Assembly (NCBI RefSeq): GCF_000025945.1
Contig: NC_006138.1
Coordinates: forward strand, 1,860,001 to 1,892,000
Direction: 5' to 3'
Source: Desulfotalea psychrophila LSv54
Lineage (GTDB): Bacteria > Desulfobacterota > Desulfobulbia > Desulfobulbales > Desulfocapsaceae
Length of the DNA: 32,000 nt
The position numbers were made by a program, and so were the translations under genes. Positions 26,349 through 32,000 of this stretch are shown in pieces; the first letter of the stretch is position 1, and each line of letters begins with the position of its first letter. The notes under the pieces were generated by a model. It was not told the origin of the DNA, ran no database searches, and was given only the letters and a program-made list of their open reading frames with translations.

Positions 26349-27793
26349 ACCTCTCTTTCTGCCAACCACTTATCTATTTTTTGCGGATGTAGCATGCAGG
26401 AGAGGGTGAGGGCGCAGTGCGGCGTTTTCTGTACCTCCTGCCCCTGGTAAATTACTGAGACAGGGCGGTCGGAGGAGACGACAATGATGATACTTGTGGG
26501 GTGGTGATAGGAAAAACGGAGGGCAGAGTTATAGCGTGCCCCGCGAGCCCTGTTCTCATTTTTTATTCGCGAGCCATCAAGCAGGCAGGCAAAGGCGTGG
26601 AGCTTGAGGTCGGGGCGGATATGCAGGGCACCGTCAACCTTTGACAGGGCACAGGCGAGTTGCAGCTTTTCTGGCTGTTGCAGGTCAAGGACAGGGTGAA
26701 CGTTTTGTCCTTCAATGCCTATTGGGCTTGTGTGCAGGTCTATCACCAGACAACAGCCAAAACCCTTGTCCTGACCGTTGTGGACAATTTTTTCAGCTAT
26801 CTGGAGAAGAGAGCTGCGTGTCTCTGTGTCCAGTGGGTAGTCGAGGAGGATATCCTCTACTTCGACCAGTTTTGCCCTGTAGGCATCTACACAATAGAGC
26901 CCATGAGCAAAACTACAGATGGTTTGGTTGTTGTAGGAGATGAAGCCGATTTTTTTTTGAAAGCTCACCGCCAGGCAGTTTTCCGGAATATCGTTGCCAC
27001 AGATACCAAGAATTTTTTCCCCGTCAGAGACCAGATAGCCCTCGGAGTTTTCTACCGCCTGTAGCAGTTTTCGTACATGTTTGTAGTTGGCCAACAGGGG
27101 TGGTCTGTCCTCGTCAAATTGAGCAAGAAATGTCACCTTTGGTAGAATTTGTCTGGGTTCTGCAAAGATTATTCGGCCAAAGGGTCGGGCACCCTCTTCG
27201 TTAATTTTGGATATACCCAGTATCGCATAGAGGATGGGGTAGATGCGCATGTGGATATCGCAGCCAAGGCTGAGATTGAGGAGGTCAACAATGCTGTCGC
27301 GAACTGCGTGGCTCGCGTATTCTCGGAGAAAGTTTCCTGAGATGCCTGTATAAAACTCGGGGCGGGTTGTCAGGTCGTTTGATATGCACTGGGTTGCATG
27401 TTCTAACCAACATTCAACGGGTTCGGTGGAACATATATCTGGATGGTGTTCCGTAAACCATTTTTGGTAGAACATGGAGGGAGCTGTGCCTCCAAAGGAG
27501 ATAAGGCCATCAAGGTCAATGTCTTTTTCTCCCAGGATGGTGTTGACGGTGGCAGCTGTGGTAGGGGGTTGTCCGTTACTGGGTTTAGTAAAAATGCTAC
27601 GAATTTTTGGGGCGTGTCCTCCGAGGAGGTCTTGGGGGTCAAAGATATAGATGTCAGAATTTTCGGTTAGACTGAAGATGGCAGCGACCCGACTGCTATG
27701 GCCGGTGAAGAGAGACAGTCCTTCGCGAATGCCTCGGAGGGTATCTGTTAAACAGCGTTGAGCGAATTTAAAATTTTTGGCGGCTTCAATCAT
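26345..27793 (-). CDS. Protein with a C-terminal diadenylate-cyclase-like (DisA_N/DAC) domain and an unrecognised N-terminal region of about 320 aa
   Basis: 482 aa. Residues about 325-455 parallel the CdaA/DisA DAC domains. GFGCCLVIDL matches IGALIVIE. KVDGALHI matches HDGAVII. RGARYNSALRFSYHHPTSIIIVVSSDRPVSVIYQG matches GTRHRAALGISE.TDA..IVVSEETG.IS....G. Confidence 0.7.
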   Translation of the reverse strand: MIEAAKNFKFAQRCLTDTLRGIREGLSLFTGHSSRVAAIFSLTENSDIYIFDPQDLLGGHAPKIRSIFTKPSNGQPPTTAATVNTILGEKDIDLDGLISFGGTAPSMFYQKWFTEHHPDICSTEPVECWLEHATQCISNDLTTRPEFYTGISGNFLREYASHAVRDSIVDLLNLSLGCDIHMRIYPILYAILGISKINEEGARPFGRIIFAEPRQILPKVTFLAQFDEDRPPLLANYKHVRKLLQAVENSEGYLVSDGEKILGICGNDIPENCLAVSFQKKIGFISYNNQTICSFAHGLYCVDAYRAKLVEVEDILLDYPLDTETRSSLLQIAEKIVHNGQDKGFGCCLVIDLHTSPIGIEGQNVHPVLDLQQPEKLQLACALSKVDGALHIRPDLKLHAFACLLDGSRIKNENRARGARYNSALRFSYHHPTSIIIVVSSDRPVSVIYQGQEVQKTPHCALTLSCMLHPQKIDKWLAEREV

Positions 27794-27921
27794 GGTAACT
27801 TTCCTTTGACACCGTATTTGAGCAATTAGTGTACGTTATGCTTCCCATAATAACATAGCTTGGGGTGTTTTTTGAGATTTTAATTTTATATGTCTTGCCG
27901 TGGGGTGGACAGGGGGAAGAA

Positions 27922-28533
27922 ATGTTAAGTAGTTTTTTTTTGCAGGGGATGATGGTGGGAGCAAGTCTTATTGTCGCCATTGGCGCCCAGAATGCCTTTG
28001 TCCTCTCCTGTGGTATCCGTAAACAGCATCAATATGCTGTGGCGGCGACCTGTGCTTTGTGTGATACAGTTTTAATTTTTCTTGGGGCAATGACGACGGG
28101 GAAGGTTGTGGGGATGAATCCGGGCTTACAGACGATTGCCGCCTGGGCGGGAGCAATATTTTTACTCTGCTATGGTTGTCGTGCCCTCTATTCAGCCATA
28201 AATTCTTCGGCTGTTCTTCGGGCGGAGAAAAAACAATGCACAGGTCTACGCTCAATCGTCCTGCTCACCCTTAGTATCACTCTGCTTAACCCTCATGTCT
28301 ACCTTGATACAGTCCTCTTGCTTGGAAGTATTGCAGGGCAACATGGCGAAGATGGTAAGTATGTCTTCGCCCTTGGAGCGGCGACCTTCTCTTGGTTGTG
28401 GTTTTTTGCTTTGGTGCTTGGCGGCAATAAACTTGCCAGGTTTTTTAAAAATCCCACAGCCTGGCGGGTTTTGGACGCTCTTGTCTGTTTAACCATGTGG
28501 GCTATTGCCTGGCATCTTATTGCCGGTCAGTAA
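27922..28533 (+). CDS. argO: LysE/ArgO-family amino acid (arginine) exporter
   Basis: Starting at MLSSFFLQGMMVGASLIVAIGAQNAFVLSCGIRKQH parallels E. coli ArgO ([34 protein letters not shown]). AGGGGGAAGA lies upstream of ATG 27922. Confidence 0.85.
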   Translation: MLSSFFLQGMMVGASLIVAIGAQNAFVLSCGIRKQHQYAVAATCALCDTVLIFLGAMTTGKVVGMNPGLQTIAAWAGAIFLLCYGCRALYSAINSSAVLRAEKKQCTGLRSIVLLTLSITLLNPHVYLDTVLLLGSIAGQHGEDGKYVFALGAATFSWLWFFALVLGGNKLARFFKNPTAWRVLDALVCLTMWAIAWHLIAGQ

Positions 28534-28544
28534 TAGTAATACTA

Positions 28545-30549
28545 TCACCACTCAAAGCGAAGGACATTGTCTAGGGCATCAGCCTTTGCCACTCGTATCT
28601 TCACTCTCTGTCCGGGGCTTATTCCGCCCGTGGCAGGGAGTTCGACATCAAGAAGGATGTCGGTTAAGAGCAGGTTAGTTCTCTTGGGGCCGGCCTGGAT
28701 GACCAGGGCCTCCAGGTATTGGCCCTTGCGTTCTTCAAGATAACAAAGAAGCCAGTAACGATGGCGTTGGTGGCGGACATTATTAGCCCGCGATAGTGTT
28801 CTTGACATTACCGCTGTGAAATCAGAACACATATCTTCAGTAAAACGTGGTTCCTGTCTGCGAACAATGGAGTGCAGTTGGTGTTGCATTACCAAGTCGA
28901 GTAATCTTCTGATGGGTGAGGTGATGGTGGTGTATTGACTGACACCCAGACCGCTATGGGATTTTGCCACGGTGGAGAGTTCTCCGCGGGGCAACTGTTT
29001 GCGTTGTTTGGTGTTCTGGAAGAGATCATCGTCTGTGCCATGAACGATACGGTTTTTAAGCTCTGGCTGTGATCTGTAGATACCGGGAACCATACGGTCT
29101 GCGACATATCTGGCACTTTCGCTATTGGCAAGAATCATCATCTCTGAGACAAGGACCCGGGCCGGGGTATTACTTTTTGCTAGTTGAACATGAACCTTGC
29201 CCTGATTGTCAATGAAGATATTTACATCGGGAAAGGGGAGAAGGAGTGCGCCATTATCAATACGCCTCTGGCGTAGCCTCTGGCTAACCTTGTTGAGCAT
29301 CTTGATTTCGTTATCATCTTTTAGCATGCTGTCGGCCTCCTCATAGGTGAGGCGACGGGCCACTTTGATAATAGAGGGGCGGATGCGAACCCGAAGCACT
29401 TCGGCCTCGGGGGAGAGCAGGATCATAAAGCTGAGTGCTGCCCTGATCTCACCTTGAATAAGACTGCATATTCCTTGGGAGAGATGGCGGGGTAACATGG
29501 GGATCTGTCCCTCGGGAAAATAGATGGATGTGCCGCGTTGCATAGCCTCCTGAAAGAGAGGGTCTCCAGGGCGAACATAGTGGGCAACATCTGAAATATG
29601 TACACCGACCAGGTAATTTTCCCCATCCTTTTCAATGGTCAGGGCATCGTCAAAATCCTGGGTGGTGGGGCCATCAATGGTGATTGGCTTGAGGTGGGTA
29701 TAGTCAATACGGGCGGGATCATCAAAGAGCTTGTCCATATCTGTCTGGAGGATCTGTTCGGCCTGTTGTCGTGCCGCCAGAGAGAAGGCTACCGGAATCT
29801 CACTGCGTAGAAGTGGGATGTTCTCGTGGGAACTCCAACGACCAGACTTCTCCATAAGAGAAAAGGGGGCATGGGGATGGTTTAATGAGGCCTCCTTGAG
29901 CAGTAGCTTTGCCGTTGCCGCCTGTTTAAAATCGCTACCAAACAGGTAGAAATCTCGAATAATGTCGAGTGATTCGGTAAAGAAACTGCCGTATTCATTT
30001 TCCAATTCTTCAACGTTTTGCAAGTCGTAGAGGCTACGCAGGAGTTGGCTACCGTCCTTTACCAGACGAGCCTTCTTTTCCTCTGCAACCTGCTGCATAC
30101 GAAGCTGTGCAATCTGTTCAGCGTTGTTGATTCGAACTCTACCCTCTTTGTATTTAAAGAAGAGCTTGTCGGTAAAAATACAACGTAGAAAGGAGCAAAT
30201 GAGGTCGTCATCGACCTCTTTGCCAAAGGCAAGTTCTGCCAGAAAGGCAGGTGAAAATACGGAGGTGGGCTCGTCGGTGGTAAGCTCCCAGAGCTCTTCA
30301 AGGTTGACCTCTTCCATCAGCTCTGCTCGTTTAGCTGTTGTTTCAAGCAGCTTTTGCGAGATCTCTGCCCGGCCGATGCCTACGTCATATGAGCTGGTAG
30401 AACAGTGGATTACCCTGGATACCGGGAGGTTGAATTCGCAGGCCTGTTTGGGAGAGGAGGCGCAATCGTTTTGGTTGGCTTTCGGTTACAAGGGCGCAGA
30501 CAAACTTGCCGTTATCAATGTACTCTACAATCTTTCCGGTATTGATCAT
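28545..30549 (-). pseudogene. RNase II/R-family 3'-5' exoribonuclease (RNB domain), N-terminal OB-like segment in a different frame (one extra nucleotide near 30438)
   Basis: The main ORF carries DFDDALTIEKDGENYLVGVHISDVAHYV, IYFPEGQIPMLP and TSPIRRLLDLVMQHQL. That frame is open for 56 codons upstream of its first ATG and reads sensibly there (FNLPVSRVIHCSTSSYDVGIGRAEISQKLLETTAKRAEL). A 54-codon ORF from ATG 30549 (MINTGKIVEYIDNGKFVCALVTESQPKRLRLLSQTGL...) abuts it in the other frame at GGC CTG [C] GAA TTC. Confidence 0.72.
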
Positions 30550-30739
30550 TATGGGAAGTTACTCTTCTTTGTTGGACTTTTCCTGGAAGAAAAAGGCAAA
30601 TTACATGTACGCTTTCTTGGCCGTGGATAGTATACTTCTAATATGTAGAACTTTCCAGAGCATGAAGGCTGCTTGTTTATTGTATATTCAGCCTATTATA
30701 GTGCGAAAATAGAAAATCATCACTTTATAAATTTTTTTT

Positions 30740-31681
30740 ATGCAAAATAATGAATACAAAACCCTAGATGACTTTCTAGGAAAAGATGTAAAGTCGGGAA
30801 TGGTCGCTATTGTAGGGCCCCCTAATGCCGGTAAATCCACCTTGATGAATCAACTGTTAGGACAGAAGATTTCCATCGTTACCTCTAAACCACAAACCAC
30901 TAGAAATAGAATTCTTGGTATTGTTAACGACGATGCCTATCAAATTGTTCTCCTGGATACTCCCGGCCTGCACAAGGCTGATGAACCGCTGAATATTGAA
31001 ATGATGCGGGTAGCTCTTGAGAGTCTGAGCGAAGTTGATGCGGTACTTTTTTTGGTGGATGTCTCTCTACCCCTCCCTCCTAAGGCGCTGGCCAAACAAC
31101 GGGAAGAGTTAGCGGGCTATATGGAAAAAATAGAGAGTCCTGCCATACTTGTGCTTAACAAGGTTGACCTGATTGATAAGCAGAAGCTGTTGCCGATGAT
31201 AGAGAGTTATGCAAAACTCTTTCCTTTTAAGGCGGTTGTGCCTATTTCTGCCTTGAATGGAGATGGGGCGGATAATCTCCTCAAGGAGATTCTCGAGCTT
31301 ATTCCGGTGGGGCCACGTTATTTTCCTGAAGATATCCCCACCGATGCAACGGAGAGATTTTTGGCGGCCGAAATTGTCCGGGAAAAGGTTTTTCTGCTGA
31401 CGGGTCAGGAGCTTCCCTATTCCGCTGCGACACTGGTGGAGTCCTTTAAGGAAGATGAGCAGAAAAAGCTTATTACTATCCATGCCACCATCGTTGTTGA
31501 GCGTCCATCACAAAAGGGGATGATCATTGGCAAGGGTGGACAGAAGTTGAAACAGATAGGCACGGCGGCAAGAAAAGACATCGAGGCCTTGCTTGGATCC
31601 AAAGTACTGCTTAAGCTATGGGTCAAGGTAAAGAAAAAGTGGGCTGAAGATGAAAATTTTTTGAAAGAGCTTGGCTTTTAG
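30740..31681 (+). CDS. era: GTPase Era
   Basis: 313 aa. G1 motif GPPNAGKST, G3 DTPG, G4 NKVD. The C-terminal KH domain contains IIGKGGQKLKQIG and KLWVKVKKKW. Confidence 0.92.
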   Translation: MQNNEYKTLDDFLGKDVKSGMVAIVGPPNAGKSTLMNQLLGQKISIVTSKPQTTRNRILGIVNDDAYQIVLLDTPGLHKADEPLNIEMMRVALESLSEVDAVLFLVDVSLPLPPKALAKQREELAGYMEKIESPAILVLNKVDLIDKQKLLPMIESYAKLFPFKAVVPISALNGDGADNLLKEILELIPVGPRYFPEDIPTDATERFLAAEIVREKVFLLTGQELPYSAATLVESFKEDEQKKLITIHATIVVERPSQKGMIIGKGGQKLKQIGTAARKDIEALLGSKVLLKLWVKVKKKWAEDENFLKELGF

Positions 31682-32000
31682 CGCTAGTTTGTCTCAGGTA
31701 ATTCTGTGATTTTTTGTAAATTCTCCTGTTTTCCTTTTCAGCGGTAGCAGGAGAGTTCTTTTTTCTCAGTATGCAAGGTCTTTGCCTGCTGTTCAGGAAG
31801 AGGTTATTTTTGCTTGTGTCCGCCCTCTAGCTCCCCGTTTTTCAGTTTTTTTCTGTGCTAGTTTTGCTTTTTTGACGGAAGTCCTTGCTTTTCTCTTTCT
31901 ATTGGGATAGAGGATACCCCGCTTATTCTTTTCGGTCATGTCTTGTGAGTTGTGCCTACAAGTTTTGAGATAGTTGTTATCTTTTGTTACTTCCTTCCTC

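Noticed and set aside
31793-31939. A 48-aa very basic minus-strand ORF (MTEKNKRGILYPNRKRKARTSVKKAKLAQKK...) downstream of era.
   Set aside because: It has no SD and resembles no ribosomal or other small basic protein I know. It is probably a by-product of the T-rich plus strand. The window ends 61 nt upstream, so the context is incomplete.
1-32000. A scan for CRISPR repeats, IS elements or inverted terminal repeats, integrases, toxin-antitoxin pairs, tRNA/rRNA genes and known defence-gene motifs.
   Set aside because: I found nothing by eye. Every gap over 150 nt is a divergent or AT-rich promoter spacer. A GGATTCGATCC string near 22963 lies inside ccsA and lacks tRNA arms.

Overview
This window looks like a chromosomal, mostly housekeeping segment. 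Its gene content resembles a sulfate-reducing deltaproteobacterium (Desulfobulbaceae-like): desulfoferrodoxin, a small siroheme sulfite-reductase-like protein, System II cytochrome c maturation and an apparent selenocysteine codon. I can support about 29 protein-coding genes. In order they are: dnaE (partial); a minus-strand run of class 3 FBPase, a GlpX-like paralog and a small sulfite-reductase-like gene; a DUF362 Fe-S protein; desulfoferrodoxin; a secreted DOMON protein; ferritin; htpX; a BI-1/YccA protein; coaBC; a cell-wall block (TPR lipoprotein, PBP1A-type synthase, MltD-like transglycosylase); TraB-family; yhbY and yjgA; resB-ccsA-NlpC/P60; rpmB; a MoeB/ThiF-like E1; a DAC-like domain protein; argO; an RNase II-family gene; and era. 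I found no rRNA, tRNA, CRISPR array, transposase, integrase, phage gene or recognisable defence gene. I also found no convincing multi-gene novel system. The best leads are single loci. (1) An ArsC/Spx-family gene with an in-frame UGA exactly at the first redox cysteine, likely a U-x-x-C selenoprotein that the ORF track truncates. (2) An unannotated 44-codon Lys/Cys-rich ORF whose 3' end carries the ferritin ribosome-binding site. (3) A 482-aa protein whose C-terminal diadenylate-cyclase-like domain keeps DGA but reads RYN where RHR is expected. (4) A GlpX paralog with a degenerate metal-binding signature, directly after a class 3 FBPase. (5) Two otherwise intact genes (PBP1A-type and RNase II-type), each broken by a single-nucleotide +1 frameshift in a similar ..CTGC(C)GAA.. 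context. (6) A 340-nt spacer upstream of dnaE whose hairpins pair better on the minus-strand transcript. All functional calls come from reading translated motifs by eye; no database search was run.
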